Shown: piece by piece, positions 19,315 through 29,126 of the stretch
How the letters are laid out: each line of letters opens with the position of its first letter
How positions within the stretch are numbered: position 1 is the first letter of the stretch
DNA from: Mageeibacillus sp. UBA5439
GTDB lineage: Bacteria > Bacillota > Clostridia > Saccharofermentanales > DTU023
DNA length: 40,774 nucleotides
Assembly: GCA_002427505.1 (NCBI GenBank)
Contig: DIRJ01000047.1
Span: 1 to 40,774, forward strand
Direction: 5' to 3'
Notes under the pieces: model-generated
The model's database searches: none
What the model was told of the DNA's origin: nothing
What the model saw: only the letters and a program-made list of their open reading frames with translations
Made by a program: the position numbers and the translations under genes

Positions 19315-19725
19315 TCACCAGAACAAGGTAAGATCACTTGTCTCTTCAATCAGGGCCATGAATTTTCTCAAAAATTCATCACCGGGATCATTGCCTTCAT
19401 AGCTATTGACCCGGTCTTTTCCCCGGATAGTTATTTTCCAATAAAAAGGACAGGTCTCCGATACCTGATTCTCAACCTCATCTTGTCTGAGCATTGGTTG
19501 ATAAGGCACTCTTTTCAGGATTTCACGTGCCTTGGCAGTTTTTTCCTCATTAAGAGACCGCACATAATTTTTATTCCATTGATTGCTGTCCTGCCAATAG
19601 AAGATTCGCTGATCCAGATTGATAAAAGCATGAACAAAACCATGCCGAAAAATTGAGTACTTGCACTCAATAATCTCGGGATCCTGAATAATATGTGATG
19701 CGTTTGTCTTACTTTCTTCGCTCAT
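19315..19725 (-). CDS. Hypothetical protein
   Basis: 136 aa ORF, GAGGG SD, extended -10 TGCTATAAT at 19810-19818. Confidence 0.7.
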   Translation of the reverse strand: MSEESKTNASHIIQDPEIIECKYSIFRHGFVHAFINLDQRIFYWQDSNQWNKNYVRSLNEEKTAKAREILKRVPYQPMLRQDEVENQVSETCPFYWKITIRGKDRVNSYEGNDPGDEFLRKFMALIEETSDLTLFW

Positions 19726-19835
19726 ACTGTTCAGCCCTCAGTTCATAACTCAAATTAGCCAGCTTAGTTCATATGACAGAATCCCAAGCTGCTTTAGAAA
19801 ATTAGAATTATTATAGCACGTCAGGATATCCGGTG

Positions 19836-20726
19836 TTACTCTTGCGATTCAATTATTTTATCAGCTAAGGCACGCAAACGTCTCATACGGTGACTTACGC
19901 CCGACTTGCCAATTGGCGGTGTCATTAATTCGCCTAAGTCGGCCAAACTGAGCTCAGGATTCTCCAGGCGGAGTCGTGCTGTCTCCGCCAGTTGCCTGGG
20001 TATGGATTCCAGTCCAAGACTCTGCTCAATAATATCTATACTCTCCATTTGCCGACCGACCGCCCTGGTCATCCGTTCAATATTGGCTTCATCAAAATTC
20101 ACTTGCCTCTGAACTGTTCCCAGCAACTCTATTTCCGAACGAACTTCCTCAAAACGCAGCAATGACAAATGTGCTCCTGACAAACGCAGGAAATCAGCAA
20201 TATCATCGCCGCTGGAAAGATAGACGCCTTTGCGCTTATTACTGACTGTCTGCCGGAAGGGAAGTTCCATCGCCAGCAGGATGTCGCAGAGCTCTTCATT
20301 CCGCGCTGCTGCTAGAGGACTGATCTCCAGATGATAAATCCGTTTTGACGGATCCGACATAAAGCCTGCCGCCAGAAACAGCGGAGCTAATATATTGCAC
20401 CAGTACGCCGGAGGCCGGGTTTTTACAAAAGCATAAAAATCATAGTTGATTACTTCCCACTCGCGTCCGTTGAGATCCAGCTCTATTTGCTGGTCCCGCT
20501 TACCCTTGCTGACAATCATGGCTTGTCCTGACAGCTGCCTGACCAGGTCTGAAATTAAGTCAGCCGTTGCCATACGCGATACCCGCAGAACAAAGGGCTG
20601 TCCGGCCTGGGGCTTCAGCGAGACCAGGGAAAAAGACGACAATGCTGCCAGGGCAGTGTCTTCACTCCACGCTTTACCAGTCAGTTTAGCTAACAGTTCA
20701 TCTCTTACTTTGCTTGAAAAACTCAT
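19836..20726 (-). CDS. whiA: DNA-binding protein WhiA
   Basis: MSFSSKVRDEL, FLAAGFMSDP..YHLE, NFDEANI, C-terminal SLADLG..IGKSGVSHRMRR. Confidence 0.93.
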   Translation of the reverse strand: MSFSSKVRDELLAKLTGKAWSEDTALAALSSFSLVSLKPQAGQPFVLRVSRMATADLISDLVRQLSGQAMIVSKGKRDQQIELDLNGREWEVINYDFYAFVKTRPPAYWCNILAPLFLAAGFMSDPSKRIYHLEISPLAAARNEELCDILLAMELPFRQTVSNKRKGVYLSSGDDIADFLRLSGAHLSLLRFEEVRSEIELLGTVQRQVNFDEANIERMTRAVGRQMESIDIIEQSLGLESIPRQLAETARLRLENPELSLADLGELMTPPIGKSGVSHRMRRLRALADKIIESQE

Positions 20727-20752
20727 AATTTCATCCTGAGGATTACACGTCA

Positions 20753-21658
20753 TTACAACATTAGCGAGCTACCGCTATCTTTTAGGTCACGCTCAATATC
20801 CCGGTGATCGATAACAACACGACTCAGATCACCGGACAAGATACCTGCCAGACGCTCTGCCAGATGCACACTCCTATGTCGGCCGCCGGTACAGCCTACC
20901 CCGATGTGCAAACGTGCTTTTCCTTCTCTGATATATAAAGGCAGGGCAAATTCATAAAATTTTTTCTGCAAGTTGAGGAATTCTTCTGTCTCGGGCATAT
21001 GATCAATATAGTCCTTAACTGGCTGATCCAGGCCTGATAAATATCTCAATTCATCAATATAGAAAGGATTCGGCAGAAAGCGAACGTCCACTACGTTGTC
21101 ACAGTCGGCAGGAATACCGTATTTGAATCCGAATGACTGCAGAAATATTGTTATACGGGCAGCCGTATCTGTTTTATCCATGAAGATCCGGAAAAGTGAT
21201 TCCCGCAGTTCGGCCAGACTAAGTACAGAAGTGTCGATTATTTCCGTGGCCAGTTTCCGAACCGGCACCATTAATTTTTGCTCCAGACGGATAGCTTCAA
21301 CCAGACTTCTGCCGGCAGACAAGGGATGATCCCGCCGGCTTTGCTTATAGCGGCTGATCAGGCTTTTCTCCGATGCCTCAAGATACAGTACATTTACATC
21401 CAGATCTTTCTGTTTCATGTCTTCCAGTGCAGGAACGAGTTTTTCAATCAGGTGCGGATTGCGCATGTCCATCACCAGTACAAGTTTAGCGCTGCCGGTA
21501 GTATCATCCATCTGTTCGCGGTCAGCTAAAACATTAAAAATATCCGTGCTTAATTGTGGCGGCAGATTGTCTATGACGAAATAGCCCATATCTTCGAAAT
21601 AGTGAGCAGCTGAGCTTTTGCCACTGCCGGATAAGCCTGTAATAATTACAATTTCCAT
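20753..21658 (-). CDS. rapZ: RNase adapter RapZ (YvcJ)
   Basis: ITGLSGSGKS, DNLP, SFGFKYG, DVRFLPNP, GCTGGRHRSV. Confidence 0.97.
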   Translation of the reverse strand: MEIVIITGLSGSGKSSAAHYFEDMGYFVIDNLPPQLSTDIFNVLADREQMDDTTGSAKLVLVMDMRNPHLIEKLVPALEDMKQKDLDVNVLYLEASEKSLISRYKQSRRDHPLSAGRSLVEAIRLEQKLMVPVRKLATEIIDTSVLSLAELRESLFRIFMDKTDTAARITIFLQSFGFKYGIPADCDNVVDVRFLPNPFYIDELRYLSGLDQPVKDYIDHMPETEEFLNLQKKFYEFALPLYIREGKARLHIGVGCTGGRHRSVHLAERLAGILSGDLSRVVIDHRDIERDLKDSGSSLML

Positions 21659-21693
21659 TTTGTCCTTACCTGATCTAATCTCTTCCTCTTTGC

Positions 21694-22641
21694 TTAATCC
21701 GAGTCTCTTTCAGGCAGTTCTTCCTGCCAGTCGCCAATGAACTTAACCTCAGGATAGAGCATTACATTAAAGCTTTCGTAAACTTTATTCTGCACAATAC
21801 GAAAAACTTCCAGCACTTCAGATGCAGTAGCTTTGCCGTCCTGTATGATAAAACCCGCATGTTTGCCGGAGACTCCGGCATGACCATGCCAAAAGCCCTT
21901 GAGACCGGAATCTGAGATCAGCTTGCCGGCGAAGTGACCGGGAGGACGTTTGAAGGCACTGCCGCCTGATGGAAAATTGAGTGGCTGAGACTTATAACGG
22001 CGCAGGGCTATGTCGGCCATTTCATCATAGATATCCTTAGCCGGAGCCGGTTGAAGTTTAAAAGTCGTATTAATCACAAAGTTATCTTTATGATCATTGA
22101 AAAAGCTGCCCCGATAGGTGAAATTATGTTCAGCTGCTTCCAGTGTTCGGACTTCTCCCCCGGCATCCAGATATTGACTGCGCAGAACAACATCTGCCAT
22201 CTTTCCTGTATAAGCTCCTGCATTCATTACTACAGCACCGCCAACTGAGCCCGGAATACCGCTGGAAAAAGCCAGACCAGCTAAGCCTGCTGCCGCTCCT
22301 TTCGCGGCAATATCTGAAAGTCCGGCCCCGGCCGAAGCAGTCAGTTCATTATCTAAAATATGTATCCCGGCCATATCAGGAGAAAGCTGGCAGACAATAC
22401 CGCGGATTCCAAGGTCAGAAATCAAAACATTACTCGCACGACCCAGAACAGTCAGCATCCAGTTTTCCTGACGAATCAACTGAATTGCAGCTACAAAAGC
22501 TGCTTCAGTCTGCGGTCTAAGATATATATCTGCAGGTCCGCCCACTTTAAAATTGCTGAAAGGAGCCAGGGGCATATCTTCAGCCAGCATTAGATCTTTA
22601 ATCTTGTTGAGCTTGTGCAAAGCTCCTTTTTTATCAAACAT
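21694..22641 (-). CDS. murB: UDP-N-acetylmuramate dehydrogenase
   Basis: FKVGGPAD, GRASNVL, GIPGSVGGAVVMNAGAY, SGGSAFKRP. Confidence 0.96.
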   Translation of the reverse strand: MFDKKGALHKLNKIKDLMLAEDMPLAPFSNFKVGGPADIYLRPQTEAAFVAAIQLIRQENWMLTVLGRASNVLISDLGIRGIVCQLSPDMAGIHILDNELTASAGAGLSDIAAKGAAAGLAGLAFSSGIPGSVGGAVVMNAGAYTGKMADVVLRSQYLDAGGEVRTLEAAEHNFTYRGSFFNDHKDNFVINTTFKLQPAPAKDIYDEMADIALRRYKSQPLNFPSGGSAFKRPPGHFAGKLISDSGLKGFWHGHAGVSGKHAGFIIQDGKATASEVLEVFRIVQNKVYESFNVMLYPEVKFIGDWQEELPERDSD

Positions 22642-22659
22642 CGTTAACTGCTCATTCCT

Positions 22660-23616
22660 TTAATCCGGATCCCCTGCTCTTCTCTTTTCCTGTTTGCCGG
22701 AATTAAAGACCCGAGCTGTTAAGGCATCCGTCGCATTATAGCCCATCATCTTTTGACGGTGATTAATTGCGGCCACCTCTACTATAATCGCTAAGTTACG
22801 GCCGGGTCGAATTGGAATAGTAAGAGAAGGTATGTCGATACCCAGAAGTGAAGTAGTCTCGTCTTCATTACCCAGACGGCTGTAAAATTTACCTTCCTGC
22901 CATAATTCAAGATTAATAATTACATTGATATTTTCCTGCTGTTTGACAGAAGAGACACCGTAGAGTTCTTTTACATCGACAATGCCAAGCCCCCTGATTT
23001 CCAGCAGATGTCTGATTATTTCCGGTGCGCGTCCCACCAAAGTCGTATCTGAAACCCGGCGCACTTCCACCAGGTCATCAGCAATCAGACGATGCCCTCT
23101 TTTAACTAATTCCAATGCTGTTTCCGATTTGCCGACTCCGCTGTCACCGGTGATGAGAACTCCTTCGCCAAAGACTTCTACCAGAACGCCATGAATCGAG
23201 GTACGGGGTGCAAGCTCTACATTGAGATACTTAACCAGCGATGCGTAAAAAGTAGATGTTGTATCGTTTGTCTGGATTAAAGGCACATCATATTTCTCAG
23301 AGGTGTATAGCATGGCATGGGACGCTTCGTGATGGCGGCTTAAGATGAGACAGGGAATTCCGGTTGCCATGAGATGGCTAAGCCGGTCAATCTGCTCTTC
23401 TTCCGGCAAGGAATTCAAGTAGGAGACTTCCATATTCCCGATTATCTGTATGCGGTCCGGTCCAAAATGCTTGAAATATCCTGATAGCTGTAAGCCGGGA
23501 CGCGTCACATCCGCGACCGAGATCATAATTTCATCCATTTTTTTATTGGAAGCTATTACTTTCATATCGAAATCATCGATGATGTCCTGTAGTGATACCA
23601 TACCTGTATTTTGCAA
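22660..23616 (-). CDS. hprK: HPr kinase/phosphorylase
   Basis: RPGLQL, HGVLV, GDSGVGKSE, LIADD, LEIRGLG, PGRNLA. TTG start after AGGAG. Confidence 0.98.
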   Translation of the reverse strand: MQNTGMVSLQDIIDDFDMKVIASNKKMDEIMISVADVTRPGLQLSGYFKHFGPDRIQIIGNMEVSYLNSLPEEEQIDRLSHLMATGIPCLILSRHHEASHAMLYTSEKYDVPLIQTNDTTSTFYASLVKYLNVELAPRTSIHGVLVEVFGEGVLITGDSGVGKSETALELVKRGHRLIADDLVEVRRVSDTTLVGRAPEIIRHLLEIRGLGIVDVKELYGVSSVKQQENINVIINLELWQEGKFYSRLGNEDETTSLLGIDIPSLTIPIRPGRNLAIIVEVAAINHRQKMMGYNATDALTARVFNSGKQEKRRAGDPD

Positions 23617-23647
23617 GTCGCTAGGCTCCTTTATATCTAAATTTTCC

Positions 23648-25282
23648 TTAGTCCTTTTTTACAGGGACCGGAGTACTATAGAGAGAATCGGCAAAGAACT
23701 TATACTCTTCCGCGGTAGCTTCTTCTTCAAAAGTAAATTCCAAACGTACGTAATGCTGGGTGTCGGGAGCTGTTTCAAAAGTGGATGTGTATGTAAGAAA
23801 GGTATCTTTCTCATCCCGGTCAAGAGCTAATAAGAGTGCAGCTGCCAGCTGTCCCTGCCACTTATCAGAAACTGCATCAATACTAAAGAGGTCACCTCGG
23901 GTCTTATAAGCAAATTCTCTCAGTGTGTTTTCGCTGTGTCTGTCTGACATTTCTGCTATTGCGTCACTCTCCTTTTCTCTGAGATATATTATGTATACAG
24001 GAATTCGCTCCGCAGCAGCCAGCTTCAAAACTTCTTCCAGAGATCTGTCATTATTTTTATACCTGCCATCAGTAACAATGACAACCGTTCCCTGGCCTGA
24101 TTTAGCTGTCAGCTCTATAGCTTCATATATAGCATCGTGCAAAAGCAGCCGGCTCCCGTTTGCCTGTCCGGCATTACTGATAGCTTCTCGGGCAGAAAAG
24201 TAATAGGGTGTCATTTCAGACTGAAGCAGGACCTGTGAACCATAGCTTAGGAGGGAAAGCTGGTCCCAGCAGCTCGACGAATCGGTTTTGGACTCTGTTT
24301 TTTCGGACTCGGAATCTGTCTTTTCTTCAGTAGTATCTTTATCCGGCAAATCATGATTGAGTTTCATTGCATCTAAAAAATCGAAGAGCGGAGCCTTGAT
24401 GGATCCGCCTGTTCCAAAGCTTTGACCGAAATTGACCACCAAAGAGATATTAGAGTTTTCTTTTTTGTAAAGGCTGACCTGTTCCTGCCAGTCGTCAACA
24501 TTGTTTAAGCGTTCAAAAATCCGTAAATTAAGCTGGCTGAATTCAAACAAAGCTTCACCTTCGTCATTTTTATCTATATCTACACCATAATAGAGCCTAA
24601 TTAAGGGATGGTTAGCAGGATCCGGAAAGATATCAAGATGGACTGCTGCTGCTGGCTCAGTTTTCGAACTAAGCTCAGACGACTGATAAGAAGTCTCGGC
24701 AGAACTGTCCTTCCTTGTTTCCATGCTGCCACTGGCGTCACTAAAAACGGTTTCCGTTTCCAAATCAGTGTTGACAACAACACGTATTGAGTATGATGTG
24801 GTTGACCCGGTGAGAGTAGCACTGGTGGCAGCCCCTGCTGTTTTGCCGGATTGTGTTGCGGGCGATACTTCTGTTCTGTCTGTTGCTTCATTTAAACTAC
24901 TGTCCGATGAGCTTCTGGGGCGAATAGTAAAAGCTGGTGTTGGCTCCGTTTTGAAACTCGGCAGGAGCAGAGGCGCCTCGCGCTCGGACTCCTCATGGAA
25001 GATGCCGGAAGAGTTCTTTTTATCTTTTGTTAATCTGCGGTAAATCATGAAGGCAAAAAACAGAAGTAAGAGCACTATAATTACAGAGATGATGATAGCT
25101 GTTTTATTTCCTGCAGCGGGTGCTCCCTCTGCATAAGCATCATTATCAAACTCGTTAGCTGCGGCTCCCGGATCAGTTGCAAGCCCAGATGAGTCCTCAA
25201 ACTGCTTAGCGCAGAAGCGACATGAAGTATTGCCGGTTTCGTTTTCTTGTCCGCAATCAGGGCATCTCATAAGCTTAAACAT
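23648..25282 (-). CDS. Zinc-ribbon / TM / Ser-Thr linker / vWA-like domain protein
   Basis: CPDC..CRFC, one TM, low-complexity linker, vWA-like LHDAIYEA, VVIVTDG, IPVYII, AYKTRG. Confidence 0.7.
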   Translation of the reverse strand: MFKLMRCPDCGQENETGNTSCRFCAKQFEDSSGLATDPGAAANEFDNDAYAEGAPAAGNKTAIIISVIIVLLLLFFAFMIYRRLTKDKKNSSGIFHEESEREAPLLLPSFKTEPTPAFTIRPRSSSDSSLNEATDRTEVSPATQSGKTAGAATSATLTGSTTSYSIRVVVNTDLETETVFSDASGSMETRKDSSAETSYQSSELSSKTEPAAAVHLDIFPDPANHPLIRLYYGVDIDKNDEGEALFEFSQLNLRIFERLNNVDDWQEQVSLYKKENSNISLVVNFGQSFGTGGSIKAPLFDFLDAMKLNHDLPDKDTTEEKTDSESEKTESKTDSSSCWDQLSLLSYGSQVLLQSEMTPYYFSAREAISNAGQANGSRLLLHDAIYEAIELTAKSGQGTVVIVTDGRYKNNDRSLEEVLKLAAAERIPVYIIYLREKESDAIAEMSDRHSENTLREFAYKTRGDLFSIDAVSDKWQGQLAAALLLALDRDEKDTFLTYTSTFETAPDTQHYVRLEFTFEEEATAEEYKFFADSLYSTPVPVKKD

Positions 25283-25465
25283 GCACTTTCTGTGTAAAAC
25301 TACTTGCTTTAAAATGTAATTATAACATTATCACTGATCAACTGACTATCCGGTCATATTTGTCGTCAGGCGCCACAGCTTTATCTTCTCAAACTTTGAC
25401 CGGAGGACCGGCTGTATTTTCTTCGGATTATTCTGCTATACTCAAAAAATAGAAGAGGAGACATT

Positions 25466-26884
25466 ATGCGAAAAACAAAAATTATCTGCACGATTGGACC
25501 GGCATCCTCAAGTCCGGAAACATTGAAACAATTAGCTTGGGCAGGTATGGATGTGGCACGTCTGAATCGATCGCACGGCACTCAGGCTGAGCACGCAGAA
25601 ATAATAGATTCGCTTAAAGAGCTGCGTAAGGAGAGCGGCCTGCCGATTGCAATCCTGCTGGATTTGAAAGGGCCTGAAATCCGTACCGGCAGCTTTGTCA
25701 ATTCTAAGGTTTTTTTACAAGCCGGTCAGGATTTCTATATTCACTCTGAGCAGCTTGTGGGTGACCAAAGGCAGATGAGCGTCAGCTACAAAGACTTTTT
25801 CCGGGCAGTAAAGCCAGGAACTCCTATTCTCATCGATGACGGTTTGATCGAGCTGCTCGTAGTCGGTACTGAGGACAGACTGGTACATACTAGAGTAGTA
25901 GTCGGGGGTGAGCTTTCGGATTTTAAAGGAGTAAACCTGCCCAACACTCCTACGCCTCTTCCCGCTCTGGATGAAAAAGATTTGTGTGATATTCGTTTTG
26001 CTGTACAAAAGGAAGTCGACTATATCGCTGTTTCCTTTGCCCGCAATGCTGATGACATTCTGCAGGCCCGGAAAGCTCTGGATAAAGAAGGCGGACAGTC
26101 AATCAAAATCATCGCCAAAATTGAAAACCAGCAAGGGATCGATAATAGCGATGAGATTATTGAAGCTGCAGACGGGCTGATGGTGGCCCGTGGTGACCTG
26201 GGTGTGGAAATTCCGCCTGAATCTGTGCCTCTGGTGCAGAAGAGGCTGATTAAGCAATGTTATCAGAGCGGAAAGCCTTCTATCATTGCCACCCAGATGC
26301 TGGATTCGATGATTAAGAACCCGAGACCAACGCGAGCCGAAGTGTCAGACGTCGCCAATGCCATATTCGATGGTACCAGTTGTCTGATGCTGTCAGGAGA
26401 AACCGCTGTCGGCAAGTATCCGGTCAGGTCTGTGGAAACAATGGCCCGCTTCACTGAGGGTGTAGAAAACGAAATTGACTATTGGGAAGATTCCGGCTTT
26501 GAGCTGATTTACCAATGTAATAACGTGCCCGATGCCATCAGCCACGCAGCAGCCTCAACAGCTGATGATTTAGATGCCGCTGCTATAGTCGTGATGACCT
26601 ACAGCGGAAATACCGCCCGCTTAATTTCCCGCTTCCGCCCTGACTGCCCCATTCTTGCCATGACTGTAAGTGAAACTTCGCAACAGCAATTGAATATGAA
26701 CTGGGGCGTAAAAGCTTATCTGGTAGCAGTTGCTTCCTCAACTGATGAAGTTTTCCGTCAGGCTGTCGAGGTAGCCAAACTGTCTTCTCTAGTTAAGTCT
26801 GGCGACACTATAGTGCTCGCCGGAGGTTCAACCAGTGGCCGCAGCGGCACAACTAACACGATCAGAGTTGAAATCGTGAAATAA
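25466..26884 (+). CDS. pyk: Pyruvate kinase
   Basis: KTKIICTIGP, DLKGPEIRTG, IIAKIE, MVARGDLGVE, ATQMLDSM, MLSGETA. Confidence 0.98.
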   Translation: MRKTKIICTIGPASSSPETLKQLAWAGMDVARLNRSHGTQAEHAEIIDSLKELRKESGLPIAILLDLKGPEIRTGSFVNSKVFLQAGQDFYIHSEQLVGDQRQMSVSYKDFFRAVKPGTPILIDDGLIELLVVGTEDRLVHTRVVVGGELSDFKGVNLPNTPTPLPALDEKDLCDIRFAVQKEVDYIAVSFARNADDILQARKALDKEGGQSIKIIAKIENQQGIDNSDEIIEAADGLMVARGDLGVEIPPESVPLVQKRLIKQCYQSGKPSIIATQMLDSMIKNPRPTRAEVSDVANAIFDGTSCLMLSGETAVGKYPVRSVETMARFTEGVENEIDYWEDSGFELIYQCNNVPDAISHAAASTADDLDAAAIVVMTYSGNTARLISRFRPDCPILAMTVSETSQQQLNMNWGVKAYLVAVASSTDEVFRQAVEVAKLSSLVKSGDTIVLAGGSTSGRSGTTNTIRVEIVK

Positions 26885-26996
26885 AGCGCAGTACATAGCT
26901 ACAATCTGTAGCTATGACATCATAACGTCATTTGGTCATGTTGCTACTTTTGCTGCGCTGAGAGCTTAAAACTTTATCTGATAATTCATCGCCGTG

Positions 26997-27027
26997 TTGA
27001 CGAAATCTGTCATTACCGTATTATTAT
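26997..27027 (+). promoter_or_regulatory. Promoter of the LysR gene, possibly leaderless
   Basis: TTGACG 26997-27002; overlapping TATTAT hexamers at 27019 and 27022; ATG at 27034. Confidence 0.55.
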
Positions 27028-27033
27028 GAAAGT

Positions 27034-27942
27034 ATGCTTACATTTCGTGATCTTAAATCTTTTGTGACAGTAATCGACAGTGGCAGCTTTTCTCAGGCAG
27101 CTCAAGAGCTGGCTTTGTCTCAACCTACAGTAAGCGCCCATATTAATGCTCTGGAAAAGGAATTATCATTACAGTTAGTCACACGTTCCACTAAAGCCTC
27201 TGCTGCTACAGAGGCGGGCAAGCTTCTTTATACTTATGCCCGGCAGATCCTTGCGCTCCTGGATGAGGCTGAAAGCGATTTGCGGACCTATTCTCTAAAG
27301 AATGACAACACCTTGCGGATAGCTGTTTCCACTATACCTGCTCTTTACTTTCTTCCCGACTCATTGCCTCAATTGCAGGAGACTTTCCCCGATCTGTCCT
27401 ACAATATCATCGAAACGGACAGCACCGGTGCAGCTGCCGCTGTTTACGAACACCGTGCAGATCTGGCCATTGTAGGAACAAAGCTGGAATATGAAGGTTT
27501 GCTTTTCACGAAGATAGCCGAAGAATCTCTGCTCCTCATAGCTCCGCCCCAGGAACCATATCTCAGTGCTGTCGCGAATGTTAATCGCAATAATTTGGCA
27601 AACTGGCCCTTTATCAGGCGCGAAGAAGGCTCAGGTACCTGGCTGGAATCCTACAATTTTTTCAGATCTTACCAGATCAAGCCGGAAGAGCTTAACACTG
27701 TTGCGAAAGTAAACGGAACCAGCATGGCCTTGAATAGCGTAAAAGGCGGGCTTGGCTATACTTTACTGTCAGAGCAGGCAGCCAGACCCTACATCGAAAG
27801 AGGTGAAATTATTGATCTTAAAGCCGATTCAGCTGATCTGAAACGATATTTCTGGCTGGTCACACCCATCAACAGGCCTGGTACACCGGCACTTAAATTT
27901 TTCACCGCTTTGATTAAAAAAAGAAATACAGGTGATTTTTAA
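27034..27942 (+). CDS. LysR-family regulator, CysL-like / selenium-metabolism-associated type
   Basis: GSFSQAAQELALSQPTVSAHI HTH, STIP, FIRREEGSGT; adjacent to the sel genes. Confidence 0.9.
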   Translation: MLTFRDLKSFVTVIDSGSFSQAAQELALSQPTVSAHINALEKELSLQLVTRSTKASAATEAGKLLYTYARQILALLDEAESDLRTYSLKNDNTLRIAVSTIPALYFLPDSLPQLQETFPDLSYNIIETDSTGAAAAVYEHRADLAIVGTKLEYEGLLFTKIAEESLLLIAPPQEPYLSAVANVNRNNLANWPFIRREEGSGTWLESYNFFRSYQIKPEELNTVAKVNGTSMALNSVKGGLGYTLLSEQAARPYIERGEIIDLKADSADLKRYFWLVTPINRPGTPALKFFTALIKKRNTGDF

Positions 27943-28075
27943 GTCATTGAATAATTACGCCTATAATTTTGTTTATTCGTTAGACTGTTAGCCGGAGCCA
28001 AGCAAAAATCAGAAGAATGATACTCCGGCTCACTGCAGTAATTAGACAGTGTTTTTTATTAAAGGAAAGCAGGAC

Positions 28076-29083
28076 ATGACTAAGCTACTGATGATTGCAA
28101 ATCCCGTTGCGGGCAGACACCCCACTGCCAGACCCTGGCTGGAACTGGAGCAGGAGCTGGTAAAGCATGGCGTTGATGTAACTATCCGGGAAACTACACA
28201 GAGTTTCGATGCCACTTTAATCGCGGCGGCAGAGGGTTCTGAATATGATTTCGTCTGTGCCTGCGGCGGCGATGGCACCCTGTCGGAAGTAGTCTCAGGA
28301 CTGATGCGTTTGGAAGAGCGTCCTTTACTCGCCTTTCTGCCTATAGGTACCACCTGTGATATGGCTAAAAGTTTTGACCTGCCCTCTGAGCCCCACCTGG
28401 TTGCTGAAACAATCTTATACGGACCATCCTTCGCCATAGATATCGGAGCTATCAGCGGCAGCGAAGTTTTTATCCGTCAGGATCTGCCGGCCGGGGTCGC
28501 GCCCGCTGAGGCTGACCGGCTGCCACATCATTTCACCTACGTGAGCAGCTTCGGAGCCTTCAGCGAAACATCATATGCCACTTCCCACAATTTGAAAAAA
28601 TCCCTGGGCTATTTCGCTTATGTGCTCAGCGGAATCAAATCGCTTTCCAGCATCGAATCCCTGAGAGTCCGGATCACGAGAGATAGCCGTGTTAGTGAAG
28701 AATCATTAATTTTCGGCGCAGTTGCCAATTCCAGTTCTATCGGCGGAGTTCTGGAGATCGATGGTGCCCGTTTTGATGACGGCAAATTCGAACTGCTTCT
28801 GGTCCGCACACCGGAAAACATCCTGCAGATAGCGCCTATGCTTAAGAATCTGCTTAGCAACAACAGTGATCCGCTCATAATCAGGGAACTGGTCTCTGAC
28901 TGTGAGTTTGACTTCCTTGACGATATGAATTCCCTGACAGTAGACGGCGAATACGGCGGCACACGCAGGAACTGGCATTTTCTCAATAAACCACGCTCCA
29001 TTAAGCTGAAAGTGCCCGAATTACCGCATCCGCCTTCGCATGTTGATACAGTCAAGGACGCAAGAGCTGAAGATAAGGACTAA
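28076..29083 (+). CDS. Diacylglycerol-kinase-family (YegS/DgkB-like) lipid kinase
   Basis: IANPVAG, CGGDGTLSEV, PIGT, DDGKFE, VDGE. ATG 28076 preferred to GTG 28049. Confidence 0.9.
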   Translation: MTKLLMIANPVAGRHPTARPWLELEQELVKHGVDVTIRETTQSFDATLIAAAEGSEYDFVCACGGDGTLSEVVSGLMRLEERPLLAFLPIGTTCDMAKSFDLPSEPHLVAETILYGPSFAIDIGAISGSEVFIRQDLPAGVAPAEADRLPHHFTYVSSFGAFSETSYATSHNLKKSLGYFAYVLSGIKSLSSIESLRVRITRDSRVSEESLIFGAVANSSSIGGVLEIDGARFDDGKFELLLVRTPENILQIAPMLKNLLSNNSDPLIIRELVSDCEFDFLDDMNSLTVDGEYGGTRRNWHFLNKPRSIKLKVPELPHPPSHVDTVKDARAEDKD

Positions 29084-29126
29084 GTTCACCTGGTGAACTG
29101 ACTACTACTATATGAAAGAGCGACAA

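Noticed and set aside
25556-25579. Pyruvate kinase RLNRSHG instead of the usual RLNFSHG
   Set aside because: A single substitution at a variable position; all catalytic motifs are intact.
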